The notes below the pieces were generated by a model that saw nothing but the letters and a program-made list of their open reading frames with translations, had not been told where the DNA came from and did not search any database. The translations under genes and the position numbers were made by a program. From Octopus sinensis (taxonomy: Eukaryota), in assembly GCF_006345805.1 (NCBI RefSeq), contig NC_043008.1, positions 37,820,001-37,884,000 on the forward strand: a stretch of DNA of 64,000 nt, read 5' to 3'. Position 1 is the first letter of the stretch. Each line of letters opens with the position of its first letter. Positions 26,088 to 38,924 of this stretch are shown in pieces.

Positions 26088-28655
26088 TTTTTTTTTCTTC
26101 TTTCAAATTTGCTTCCATTTCTTGCCGAGTGTCTTCCCGACTCCTAGGGCAAAGAAACTCATAGTATACATTGGTAGGCCATTAAACCAAACTCAATAGT
26201 TCGTTCATTTTCTTTTTTTTTCTTAAAGTTAAATAAAAAACATGAGCAGCAACAGTTCTCACATCGACAATGCTCTTCTCAATACGTGTGATGTACCAGT
26301 TAAGACAATCTTTTGCACTTCTTGCAGGGATGGTAAGCCAGGGATCATTCTCATATAATTTTCGGTTCCCTTCTTGATCATTCCTAGTGCTCCTACGATC
26401 ACTGGTATTGTAACCGCCTTGAGATGCCACATTTTCTCAATTTCAATGAGTAGGTCTTTATATTTTCTGAGCTTGTCAAACTCTTTCGCTGAGATATTAT
26501 GATCACAGGGGATGCTCATGTCGATCAATAAGCAAACTTTATTGTTTTGGTCTTTCTTAACAATATCTGGTTTATTGGCCTTGATGGTTCGGTCTGTATG
26601 TACTGGAAAGTCCCACAGAATGGTTACATTTTCTCCTTCAGTTACAGCCTCAGGGTGGTGATTTTACCACTTGTCGGCTGTTTTGATATTGTAATGCCGA
26701 CTTATTAGTCAGTGTAGATATTGGCCAACTCTGTCATGTCTTAATTTATACTCCACTGGTGCTAAGACTTTACATCCAGAGATTAGGTGGTCCACTGTTT
26801 CAATCATGTCGTTGCAGAATCGGCATTTTGGGTCTGCTCCATTTTTCATCACATTGGCCTGGTAGTTCCGGGTTAATAGGCTTTGATCTTGAGCAGCCAG
26901 GATGAAACCTTCGCTCTCTGCTTTTAGCCCTGAGCTCCGTAGCCACTGATGGGTTTGCTTCTGGTCAACATCAGCTTGTTTGCTGCGGGTCACATATTTG
27001 CCGTGCAGAGGTTTCTCCTCCCACCTATCAGCCAATTGCTCGTGCACTTTTTTCGTTGCCATCATTTTCACCTTCTTTGCAACAATAGTTGCCGTACTTC
27101 CCTCGGGTTGTTCAGTTTGGGTATCCTGCACGAGATCAATAGCAATTTTTTGCTTTCCTTTATAATAGAATGAAGCTTCTTTCGTCTCTTGTGATTTTCC
27201 ACGAGCTTTAGCATCCAGTCATTCATATTTCGAGATATTTGGCCAGTCCAATTGTGGTTGTTTTGTAAGCTAGTTCAAATTGGATCAGGCCTCGACCTCC
27301 TTGGGCTCTGGGAAGGTAAAGGCGATCTACGTCTGCCTTTGGGTGGTGCATCCTATTACAACTCAGCAGCTTGCGTATTTTCCTATCTATATTCTTTACT
27401 TCACTCATATTCCAGTTCAACACATTGTAGCTATAAGTAACAACTGGAACTGCTAAGGAATTTATAGCTAACACCTTGTTACGTGCATTTAGTTCAGATT
27501 TCAGGACTGCACGAACTCTCCTATAACATTCCTTCCTGATCTTCTCTTTCATGCTTGCATGCTGAATACCAGAGCCTTCATTTATCCCTAAATATTTGTA
27601 TTTTTGTTCTTGCTCAAGCTCTCTTATGACTGTGTCAACATCTAACACGACTGAATTTGTGGTCTTCACTTTCCCTTTCTGGAAAGTGGCCTTGGCACAC
27701 TTCTCAAGTCCAAACTCCATCCCGATGTCATCGCTGAATGCTTTCACAGTGCGCAATAGGCCTTCAAGTTCATTATTGTCTTTACCATAAAGTTTTAAGT
27801 CATCCATATAAAATAGATGGCTTATTTTTTTATTGGCAATTTTATACCCATACTCTGTTCTGTTTAATTCACTTGTAAGGGGTATTAGGGCTATGCAGAA
27901 TATTAAAGGTGAAAGTGAGTCACCTTGAAAAATTCCACAGTTGATGTTTATATTTTCTGAGGCAAGTACTCCATTAGAGTGGTATAATTGGAGATTCGTA
28001 TTCCACAACGACATATTGTGCTTCAGGAAGTTTGAAATCACAGGGGAAACTTTGAAGATGTCCAGCGATCTCAAGATCCATGGATGCGGTATACTGTCGA
28101 AGGCCTTTTTATAGTCAATCCATGCGGTGCTGAGATTTCTGCGCTTGTGACAGTTCTCAAGGATCATACGATTGATTAGCAGTTGATCTTTGCATCCGTA
28201 AGAGCCTCGGCAGCACCTTTTTGTTCAATGGGGAAAATATCGTTCTTCTCCATGAATGCATATGTTTTCTCCGCCAGGATAGATGTTAGGATTTTATACG
28301 TGGTGGATAGACAGGTTATAGGCCGATAGTTTTTTGGAAGGTTGGTTTCGTTATTCTTTGGGAGTAGGTAAGTAATGCCACTTGCTAACCATTCAGGTGT
28401 TTTCTTTGGGTCTCTCATAATTCCATTCAGCAGCTGAACTAGCTTACCGTGTGCGCATGGGAGCGATGCGAGCCAGAAATTCGGCACCCTATCTTTACCG
28501 GGGGATTTCCAATTATGGGCCTTCGTGTGTGCCTTTCTTAGGTCTGCTATTGTGATGTCTTCCCATGCTTGTTGTTGTAAATTTTGGTAGGATCCTTCAG
28601 TTTGTATAATCCAGTCTGCATTTATGTTGTACGTCTTCTTGTCACTCCAAATCCT
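26088..28655 (-). mobile_element. 5'-truncated R4/Dong-type RLE non-LTR retrotransposon (RT + CCHC + RLE), lightly mutated
   Basis: ORFs 28176-28679, 27223-28167, 26709-27131, 26259-26528: WKSPGKD, NYRPITCL, WIDYKKAFDS, GIFQGDSLSP, FYMDDLK, CRFC..ETVDHLISGC, KPDIV...IDMSIP, KYKDL. About 3 frameshifts and 2 stops by hand alignment; (TAA)n on both flanks. Confidence 0.95.
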
Positions 28656-28689
28656 TATTAATATTATTATTATTATCATTATTATTATG

Positions 28690-28901
28690 AAGGCAGTGAT
28701 CTGGCAGAATTGTTAGTATGCCGGGCAAAACGCCTAGTGGCATTTTGTCTGTCTTTACATCCTAAGTTCAAGTTCCGCTGAGGTCGACTTTACCTTTCAT
28801 CCTTTCAGGTCGTTAAATTAAGTACCAGTGAAATACTGGGCTTGATGAAATTGACTTATCGCCTCCCCCAAAATTGCTGCCCTTGTGGCAAAATTTGAAA
28901 C

Positions 28902-28902
<1 letters not shown>
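28690..28902 (+). mobile_element. SINE family B
   Basis: Head, B-box and core motifs; followed by (ATT)n. Confidence 0.85.
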
Positions 28903-28939
<37 letters not shown>

Positions 28940-28955
28940 TATTATTATTCAGTAG

Positions 28956-29036
<81 letters not shown>

Positions 29037-29128
29037 TAGTTTTGTTTTTGTTATTATTATTATTATTATCATTATTATTATCATTATTATTATTATTATT
29101 ATTATTATTGTTATTATTATTATTATTA

Positions 29129-29184
<56 letters not shown>

Positions 29185-29185
29185 G
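28903..29185. repeat. Long interrupted (ATT)n tract
   Basis: Directly visible. Confidence 0.95.
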
Positions 29186-30149
29186 TTGTGGTTGCTGCGG
29201 AGCAAAGAAATCTGATAGAAGATACTTCAGTTATTCATATTGTAACTTCTTGATCCCACAATTTTCTCTTCTCCTCAACATTTCAAACTTTTGTATGATT
29301 TCTTTTCTCTTATGTATATTAATGCTAATCAATATATTGATTTAACCCATTGTAATCAACCTAGTAATACTGGCAAATTGATACACTCATTAGAGTGTAA
29401 GGAAAGCTTTGTCGCATTTATTTCATCTCTTTACATTCTGAGTTCAATTCATACCCATGTCAATTTTGGCCTTTCATTGTTCTGGGATCAATAATAAATG
29501 TATCGGTCAAGTTCAAGAATCAATTCAACTCTCTCTCTCTCTCACTTTCACTCTTTCTGTCTGTCTGTCTCTCTGTCTCTGTCTCCCCCCCTCTCTCTCT
29601 TTTTCTCTCACTCTTAGGATCAGCTATCTTGTGCCTTGAGAAAGGTGATGGGAGAATTTTAAAAATGGAGAAAGACCAAATGAGGGTCTAGTGACCTTGC
29701 TTTACCGAAAAACTTAAGCTTTTGGAATCCTAAAATCCTAGCCCCATCCAAAGACAAAACAACATGGAACAATGCAGATAAGATAAAAGAACCATCTAAG
29801 TAGGAACCTCACTGACCTTCCATAATATTATTAAAGAATTTGGTTATCTAGCAGTGCCATTAAAGCATGTTGGCGATTACTTATGAGGGCACAAGTCATA
29901 AATTTCTAAAGGAATAGATATTGTCATTTTTAATGCCCTCAGTGAATTACTGGTACTGACTACAATTCCAAGAATGGTAATATTCTTTCTAACTCAGCCT
30001 CATTGGGATACTAATTCAGACCCTAGAGCAATGATTCTCAACCAATTTTTTTACCTATGGATGCCTTTGATTGCTATTTTATTTGAATGGAGCCTCAAAG
30101 CCATTCAATGTTTTAACTACCCTATTATTATTTTCAAAATTAATTACTC

Positions 30150-30570
30150 TCTCTCTCTTTTACTCTTTTACTTGTTTCGGTCATTTGACTGCAGCCATGC
30201 TGGAGCACCATCTTTAGTCAAGCAAATCGACCCCAGGACTTATTCTTTGGCAGCCTAGTATATATTCTATCGGTCTCTTTTGCCAAACCGCTAAGTGACA
30301 GGGATGTAAACACACAAGCATTGGTTGTTATGCGATGTTGGGGGGACAAACACAGATACACAAACACATACACACATATACATATATACATATACATATA
30401 TATGACGGGCTTCTTTCAGTTTCCATCTACCAAATCCACTCACAAGGCTTTGGTCGGCCTGAGGCTATAGCAGAAGACACTTGCCCTAGGTGCCATGCAG
30501 TGGGACTGAACTCAAAACCATGTGGTTCGTAAACAAGCTACTTACCACACAGCCACTCCAGCACCTATTA
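30150..30570 (-). mobile_element. SINE family A
   Basis: Reverse complement of the consensus. Confidence 0.9.
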
Positions 30571-30699
30571 TTAAGAATTGTATAAGAAAAATTGCTGAAA
30601 TATTCAGTGTTTTTTTAGAAGTATAACCAATTTTATTGCACTTAAATTTTAGCAAGAAAATTTTACATTGACGCAACCAAATTACCTTCTCCAGTCAAA

Positions 30700-30893
30700 A
30701 CCATCTCATAAGGGCTGGTTTCTCAGTTTCTTGGTGTATAAATTCTCCACCGGGATGGGATGCCAGTCCATCTCAGGATTACTCATTTCGCTAGCTGAGT
30801 GATCTGGAGCAACATGAAGTGAAGTGTTTTGCTCAAGAACACAGCATGATCATGAGTCTGACACACTAACCACTAAGCCATGTGACTTCACAA
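30700..30893 (-). mobile_element. SINE family D, internally deleted
   Basis: Shares TGTTTTGCTCAAGAACAC and GATGGGATGCCAGTCCATC with the 40329 copy. Confidence 0.7.
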
Positions 30894-31604
30894 TGGGCCC
30901 TAAGAGAAGAGTCATGTGGGCCCCAGTCGAGAACCAGTGATGTATAGGAGCAAAGCTAAAATGTTGTAACACCAATGTAATACTTTGAGAAATATCTTCA
31001 AACCAATGAGGATTTCTATACATAGATTTTTCAACCAGGTAGAAACGACAGCCTTGTTTCCCTCAAATCATGCTTTATTCTTTTACTAAAAAAAACAAAA
31101 AAAAACAAGAGAAAAGGTAAAGAAATCACAACAAAATTGGACTTTTTGGATAATGTCATTCTGATATATATAAAAAGATGAAATGGTCAAGGTAGGAATA
31201 ACATTGTTTATATAGATTTTCGATGAAGCCTGACCTGGAATTAAACAACAGCAGCAACCGTGGCAGCAGTTGCGACAGTAACAAAAGCAGCAACAACTAC
31301 AACAACAACAACAAGAGCAACAGCAGCAGCAGCAGCAGCAGGCACAGCAGCAACACTAGCAACTATAATGTATTTATCCCCTAGGCCTATTGATCTCCAA
31401 TCATCTTTATTGTCATCTGTTCATTCTATTTCAATATTGGATATTTATGGGGTGGGGTGGAGACTTTGTCTTTCATCTGGGATTATTTTATTCACATTTT
31501 TGCTGCCTGACTTTATATTATTTGGAGCTGACAAGGGAAACCTTTATGTGGTCTGTTGAGCTCCTAGCTAGAAATAACAGTGAAATCTCTCTCTCAAATC
31601 AACA

Positions 31605-32025
31605 TAGGCGCAGGAGTGGCTGTGTGGTAAGTAGCTTGCTAACCAACCACATGGTTCCGGGTTCAGTCCCACTGCGTGGCATCTTAGGCAAGTGTCTTCT
31701 GCTATAGCCCCGGGCCGACCAATGCCTTGTGAGTGGATTTGGTAGACGGAAACTGAAAGAAGCCTGTGGTATATATGTATATATATATATATGTATGTGT
31801 GTGTTTGTGTGTCTGTGTTTGTCCCCCTAGCATTGCTTGACAACCAATGCTGGTGTGTTTACGTCCCCGTCACTTAGCGGTTCGGCAAAAGAGACCGATA
31901 GAATAAGTACTGGGCTTACAAAGAATAAGTCCTGGGGTTGATTTGCTCGACTAAAGGCGGTGCTCCAGCATGGCCGCAGTCAAATGACTGAAACAAGTAA
32001 AAGAGAGTAAAAAAGAGAAAAGAGA
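31605..32025 (+). mobile_element. SINE family A, full length
   Basis: Head to tail match with the consensus. Confidence 0.92.
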
Positions 32026-32179
32026 GTATCTACCCATTCAGTCCCAACTAAAAAAGATGGGTTTGGTCAAGGCTGGAATGCAACTGATTGTATTTCTGTG
32101 CCAGCAGTGTTGAGATAACAACAGCTACAACAGCAGTTGCTTTAGATGCAGCAACAACAATGCAACAGCAGCAACAAGC

Positions 32180-32400
32180 GGATGCGCAATGGCCCAGTGG
32201 TTAGGGCAGCAGACTTGCGGTCGTAAGAGCACAGTTTCAATTCCCAGACCGGGCATTGTGAGTGTTTATTGAGCAAAAACACCTAAACTCCAGGAGGCTC
32301 CAGTGGGTGGGGGTTGAACCCCACTGTGCTCTTTCACCACAACTTTCTCTCACTCTTTCTTCCTATTTCTGCCACAAAGAAACCATGGTGTAACTCACTA
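32180..32400 (+). mobile_element. tRNA-derived SINE family C (5' part)
   Basis: GCGCAATGGCCCAGTGGTTAGGGCAGCAGACTTGCGG..GTTTCAATTCCC A/B boxes; body shared with the 37.0, 51.3 and 54.5 kb copies. Confidence 0.75.
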
Positions 32401-32799
32401 TGGTGTGGTAAACTTTCAGACCCTAGTCTAGATTGCAAATCCTCTGTACCTCATGATGGTTCAGCTCTCCATCCATTTAAAGCCACCGTTTACAGAATGA
32501 GGATAACAACATAGCTTTCGCACCCATGCAACCGCCAGTCTATCACGTGTGGTGGGTGGATGTTCAAGTTGCCACACGCATTCTTAGTAGCTTAGAGTAG
32601 GCTCAAATTAGAGATTATTCTTTGTGGCTAATGGTGTGAGTCCTGATTGGAAGAAGAAGAAGAAGAAGAAGAAGAAGACAGCAGCAACAACAACATCTGC
32701 AACAGCACTATTAACAGCAGCAGCAGCAGCATAACTGTATCAGCAATTACAATAGAAACAACAACATCATCAGTTTCTTAAATACACATTCTGAGTTAA

Positions 32800-32828
32800 A
32801 ACAACAACAGCAGTATCATCACCATCAC

Positions 32829-32869
<41 letters not shown>

Positions 32870-32882
32870 CCATCATCATCAC

Positions 32883-32971
<89 letters not shown>

Positions 32972-32999
32972 CCACCACCACCACCACCACCATCATAAC

Positions 33000-33057
<58 letters not shown>

Positions 33058-33060
33058 TAC
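32800..33060. repeat. (CAT)n/(CAC)n trinucleotide tract
   Basis: Directly visible. Confidence 0.95.
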
Positions 33061-34484
33061 AGCAGCAATCAGTAAGAACAGCGACAACAGCAACCTTGCA
33101 TTATTTAGTCCTTTCCTTGCACAGTGTGAGTTCAAATGCAACTAACAGCAGTCCACTTTGGTCTTCATCTCTTTGAGTATTGAAATATGGTCCAAAGAAC
33201 ATATTGTATGTGAGCCAATTGCACATCATGCTTCCCTCTATTCATATCCTTTAACCAGTTCTATCCACGTACACTGCTTACACCCCTCGTCCCACCACCA
33301 AAACCACACACACTCACTCATGCACACGTGCATCACACAAGAATAAGTGGCAGGGATTCTTTTGTTCTCAGAAATGAATCGATATTGAACAGTTGAACAA
33401 CTATGACCAGGAGAAAATGATGACAGTGATCAATATTGAGGAAAATATTTCAGAAAAGAGAAATCCAATTTCCAATAACAGGAATATTTCTTGAAAATAA
33501 AAGAGAAGTGGACAGTCAAGTCTTCAGGAAATTTCCAATAACTGAAATATTTCTTTAAAATAAACAGAAGTGGGCAGTCAAATCTTCAGGAAATAAAATA
33601 CCAGTTTACCGATATTTTTGTTTTCTTTCAATGACATTCTGTGTAACAATGTGTTGTAATTCATTAAACTGTGGGACAGTGGGTCACAGGGTTGGTAGCG
33701 ATGGTGGGGAGATATCACAGAAAGCTTTTGTCTTCAGTGGGGAAAAAATGATAATAAATAAGGGGCTTATAAGACTATCATTCATCAGATTATTATTAAC
33801 CATGGTTGATCGGTAGATTGGATGACTGGATGTTTAGCCTTCCCCACTCAGAGCTGACCAAGCAGATCAATGATCAAAAGTATTCCAGGAATGACCATCC
33901 CAGCTTTTTAAAGAGTATTTATAATGTAACTACATTATTCAATCTCCCTTTCTTTCTCTCTCTCTCTCTCTTTCTCTCTTTCTAATTTGTTTTAAATGTA
34001 ACAGGGCATGAGTTAAAAGAGATTTGGCTACTATTTCCAGAAGGTGATTAGAATTTGGGGTTTACCATTATGAGGTTGTGAGTTTAATTCACGAGCAGGC
34101 TATGCACTGTGTCCTTGAACAAAGCTAACCATTTCACATGATTCCAGTCACATCAAGGATGTGACAGCTGAAAGGTGAAATTGATGTGTCAGCAGCTCTC
34201 CTCTTTCCCTTTAGATCTCACCTTCTTGATGTACTGCCAGGTCAAGGGTAACTGAGTCTCCCCTCTACTATACAAGCACATAATACAATACATGTAGTGG
34301 AGTAGTGAAGACGTTGATATAAGCTGCCAAGTCATACTTCTTTGTGAATGATGTTTAAGCTTTTATCCACACATATACACATACATGGCAGTTGCAAATT
34401 GATTTTGAGTAATGCCATTGCTTGGTTATTCTCTTAAACATGAGTAGCATAGACGTGGCTTTCCAGTCTTCCACAGAACCACTA

Positions 34485-35345
34485 TGAGGTGGTATCAAAA
34501 AGTTTCTGGACTGTTTCTGTAGTGCACCAACAGATGGCAGCACACAGTTATGTGCACAATGAGAGATACCAGTGGCCTTCATGAAGCAGTGTACCAAGTG
34601 ACATCGCTGTGTTTACTGAGTAAGTTGTGAAATTTGTATTTTTGTGATCACATTTATGCTGTAGTCTGTGATATTTTTTCTCATGGACAGAAAGTTGGAA
34701 CAAAGAGCCAACATGAAATTTTGCACTAAACTTGGGAAGTCTGCTACAGAAATATTGAGCATGCTTTGGCAAACTTACGGCAATGAGGCATCGGGTCATA
34801 AGCAATGTTATGAGTGTCACAGGCACTTCAAAAGTGGAAGAATGTCCCTGGAAGATGATGAACAAAAGCAGAGGAACCTCCTTGGAAGACCTGCCACGAG
34901 TGTCACCCCTGGAAATATGGACAAAATTCATCAGGTAGTGCATGAGGATCGTTGGAGAATAATCATTGGTGTTTTGAAGTGTTCGAGGGAGGACGTTCAG
35001 AGAAAGGAACTGGATCTGTGGGGCATGAAGAATTGGATTCTTCACAAAGACAATGCACCCTATCACCAAGCTCTCTCTGTTCATGAGTTTCTCAGCTAAA
35101 ACAACATGGTATCACTTCTGCACCCACCCTGTTTGCCAGATTTAGCACCTGTAGACTTCCATCTCTTCCCTAAGGTGAAAAGGCAACTCAAAAGTCACCA
35201 TTTTAACACTTGTCAAGATCTGGAATGAACTGCAGAAGTTCTTCGACTCACTTATGGAAAACGACTTCTAGGCCAAGTACCAAACGTGGCAGAAATTCTG
35301 AGACTGGTGTATTGTTGCACAAGGTGACTATTTCAAAGATGTTAC
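34485..35345 (+). mobile_element. Degenerate, internally deleted mariner transposon
   Basis: Left end TA|TGAGGTGGTATCAAAAAGTT; ORF 34668-35099 EQRANMKFC..LGKSATE..GRP, LHKDNAPYH, then HPPCLPDLAPVDFHLFPK after a stop. Confidence 0.88.
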
Positions 35346-35366
35346 TAAAACTTAGATCAATAATTT

Positions 35367-35530
35367 TGTTGTGTCTGGGGAGAGTCATTTTCTTTTGTGC
35401 CTTATAATGTAACACACTCACCAGTAAAATTTCCACTTAATTCTTATTTTTATTTTCCTAAAATTTTCATTGCATCTTGCGTGTTACATTATAAGGCACA
35501 AACAGAAAATGACTCTCCCCAGACACAACA
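35367..35530. mobile_element. MITE with about 50-bp near-perfect TIRs
   Basis: TGTTGTGTCTGGGGAGAGTCATTTTC..GTGCCTTATAATGTAACAC and its reverse complement at 35481-35530 (one indel). Confidence 0.8.
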
Positions 35531-36229
35531 GAATATGCTTCAACACACAAACTCATATAAAGAATCTTGCAAACCAAATCCAAAAACGAAATATTTGATA
35601 AATAAGTTATTTTCTATTAAACATAACTGGGAACGTTTTGATACCACCTCCTATTTTGTACAGATAAAGCAATGATGGGTGTCATTTGCTGCAGGTGTTG
35701 AGCAAGCTATCAACCCATGCTGACATATGCCTTCATTCTATTGAGGAATTATTTCTTTGAGCATTTTTTTCAACTATGTCCAGCCAAAGTATGCAAATGC
35801 ACAATAAATATATTAACAGAAATGTTAAAAATCAAGGAATGCTTGTACTTGAAGCTTTTTGAAGTGAAGAAAAACCTTACACAGGACCTCTCCTCTAAGT
35901 ATTTGTTAAACAAGGGGAATTCCTCTACATCATTGGATGCAAGCAAAGTCATAAGTGTTCCATCACAGATTTTCTTCTCCTAGAGAGGTGTCTAAGCAAA
36001 GACTAGGGGTCTCTCTCTCTCCACTGTTGGTTGACCTTTGACTCAATTGAGTTCATCTGCTCCTTGACAGGTTTTGACTTTTGTTCTGCAGGGTAAATAA
36101 TGAAAACCATCCTCCTTACCAGGTGGGTTTGATAGGGTGGCCAGTTTAGTCACCAATGGCCTGAGCATGCAACAGGTTGCACTGGACTACATGTTAACTG
36201 TAACACTAAGATATAATTTGTCACATACA

Positions 36230-36410
36230 CATTACACACATACATGCATACATACATACATACATACATACATACATACATACACACATACATACATACA
36301 TACATACATACATACATACATACATACATACACACACACATGCATACCTACATACATACATACATACATACATACATACATACATACATACATACATACA
36401 TACATAGAAA
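36230..36410. repeat. (ATAC)n microsatellite
   Basis: Directly visible. Confidence 0.95.
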
Positions 36411-36992
36411 GAGAAAGAAGATAATTATGGACAACTGCTTCAAAACCTCCAGCTTCTATATTCAGTTTACAAATTTACATTTATACCAATAATAACTGGA
36501 ACGCTTGATTTTGTAAGCAAATTCCTAGCTGTAAGTTTGGTAATGCTTGGATTTTCAGAAAAAGAAAAGAACCAACAGATTTGCACATTACAGATACAAT
36601 CTATAGGCGGAACAACAAAACTATGCAAGACTTTTCTCAGGTTTAAAATGTGACATTGTTTTCATTATTTACATTTCTAGGATGGAGCTTTGTATCTTTG
36701 ATAGAAACCAGCTTCATCTTCAGAGGAGGAGTTTAGATGATTAAGAACAGAAGAGAACCATACATACATACATTTTTATAGTGTATCATTAATTAATGGA
36801 TAACAAAAAAAAAAAAAATGGAGTTACACAATCACATTCATTAGCTTACAGCGGTTTCTTCTTTAAAATGCAGTGAACTCAAAGCTCAGTGCTTGTGCAA
36901 TATGCTATAGCTTTCTCAAAGCCACCAAATCTATGCAGAAGGCTATACTCAACTTGGATTATAGTAGATGGCATTTTCACAAGGTGCAATAT

Positions 36993-37294
36993 GTTTGTTC
37001 CTTCTTGAGCCATGCCTGGCTCATAAGAGCTGGTTTCCCAGTTTCCTTGGCATACAGGTTCCCAACCTGGACAGGACACGGGTCCGTCACAGGTGAGCTG
37101 CAAGATGCAGGAGGAAAGAGTGAGAGAAATTTGTGGTGAAAGAGTCAGAAGAAGTTCGCCATTACCTTCTGCCAGAGCCACATGAAGTTTAAGTGTTTCA
37201 CTCATAAACATACTCATCGCCCGGTCTGAGATTCGAACCTGCATTCCCTCAACCATGAGTCTGCTGCTCTAACCACAAGGCCATCTGCCTCCAC
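36993..37294 (-). mobile_element. SINE family C, full length, with TSD
   Basis: tRNA-like head at the right end; direct repeat CACAAGGTGCAATAT at 36978-36992 and 37292-37306. Confidence 0.9.
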
Positions 37295-37889
37295 AAGGTG
37301 CAATATAGTGAGAATGTAAAAGAATGTGGTTGTGAAGTAAACTTGTTAATTGCACAGCTGTGCTTGTGTGATATCAACTGATTGATATTCTATTTGATGA
37401 TGTCTGTTACATTAAAATGAATATTGAATTGGTGGTGGACAGTAGAACATTGGTATTCAAAGAAGGAATAACACTGGATTGGGATTTAGAAAAACATACT
37501 GCATTTCTGTGTTGTCTTAACCTTGCTATCATGTAAAAAGGACACAGCAAAACAATGAAGGCAATGCATATAAATGTGCATGTCTGTGTGTGCACGTATG
37601 TGTGCACATATGTGTGCGCTTGTGTGTGAGTGTATTTGTATGTGTTTGCGTGTATGTGTGCATGTGTGTGTATGTGTGCATATAACATGTATATGGAGAA
37701 ACTATCCTCAACATGACCAGCCTTTATCCAGACATGCAAAGGATAACAATTATTCCATAAAACAGGAAAGAAATGGAGTATATAACAGCAGACTTAGGAA
37801 CACATCAAAAGAACAAATGCCACAGACCACTTCTTCAGCCCAGAAGAAAGATTTTAAGACAACTTGTGGTACAAGATAAAGTTAAGGAA

Positions 37890-38780
37890 ATTTGAAATAA
37901 TAAATCTTTCCAACATAAAACTCTCAAAAGAACAAATCCAAAAATTCTTTCAAAAGGTCAAAAATTTACCCCAATATCACAGTATCCGAACATACATCAA
38001 TGAAACATGAGATGATATCTCAAATTTTTGTAGATTAACAGAACTTTCCAAAAACAAAAACAAAAAAAAAACAGTGATCAATCCATTGTGCAAAAGGAAA
38101 GCAATTACTACCCCCAAAATGGTAGAAACAAAACAAATGACAAATCATGTGAGCTTATATCCATCTTCCCTTACAATGAACTTCCACTTGCTAAACCAAT
38201 GTCCACCACAAGCTGAATAGATATAAAACCTAAAACGAAATACAACCTAAAACTATTATAACATTGTTATGAAAAAAGCTGATAAGGGAATTGCTGTAGT
38301 TATTATGAATATGGAATGATACAAAAAAAACACTGCATTATTACTACTTCATGACAACACCCACTATAAAACGATAAACAACTACCATCAAACGATCACA
38401 ATCTCTAAACTTAACATTCTCAATAAACCAACGCAGAAAAAGGCTTAACTAATAAAGAAATAGATTATCTAACAAAATTTATAGCCCAATCAGTTTCTTC
38501 TACGGACAAACAATTAATGATGCCTGCAAAGAATCACACTCAGTCTGCAAAAACATAACCATTCTGAAAAAATCTCAAATCAAGACCAACTGAGACAGGC
38601 CCAGTTCCTGAAACTCATAGACTTAGCAATTTCCTTGTCAAACAGTTAAAAACCTTTTTTTACAATTTATACCAATTTTCATAAGAGACATTCTAGATCT
38701 ATTAAGTTATCTTCCAGAAAAGATTAACGAGGATAACATAATCACTTAATTTGATGCAGTAAATCTTTATACAGCCATCT
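37890..38780 (+). pseudogene. Penelope-like element reverse transcriptase N-terminal remnant
   Basis: Hand translation across frameshifts: IINLSNIKLSKEQ..ILSKGQKFTP, NIVMKKADKGIAVVIMN, FIRDILDLLSYLP...IIT*FDAVNLYTAI (PLE KADKG motif and RT motif A). Confidence 0.75.
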
Positions 38781-38924
38781 TTTTCTTTTATTCAAACTGT
38801 CAAATTTAGCCTAAATATCCTGTTCAAACACACACATGCATACACATTTATATATGCATATATATATATATATATATATATATCTATATATATATATATA
38901 TATATATATGCATATATATTTGTG

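Larger units (their letters stand above)
30029..30939. mobile_element. Old hAT/Charlie-type MITE interrupted by two SINEs
   Basis: CAATGATTCTCAAC (30029) and GTCGAGAACCAGTG (30926-30939) are imperfect TIRs resembling CAGTGGTTCTCAAC; the 8-bp TSD is poorly preserved. Confidence 0.45.
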
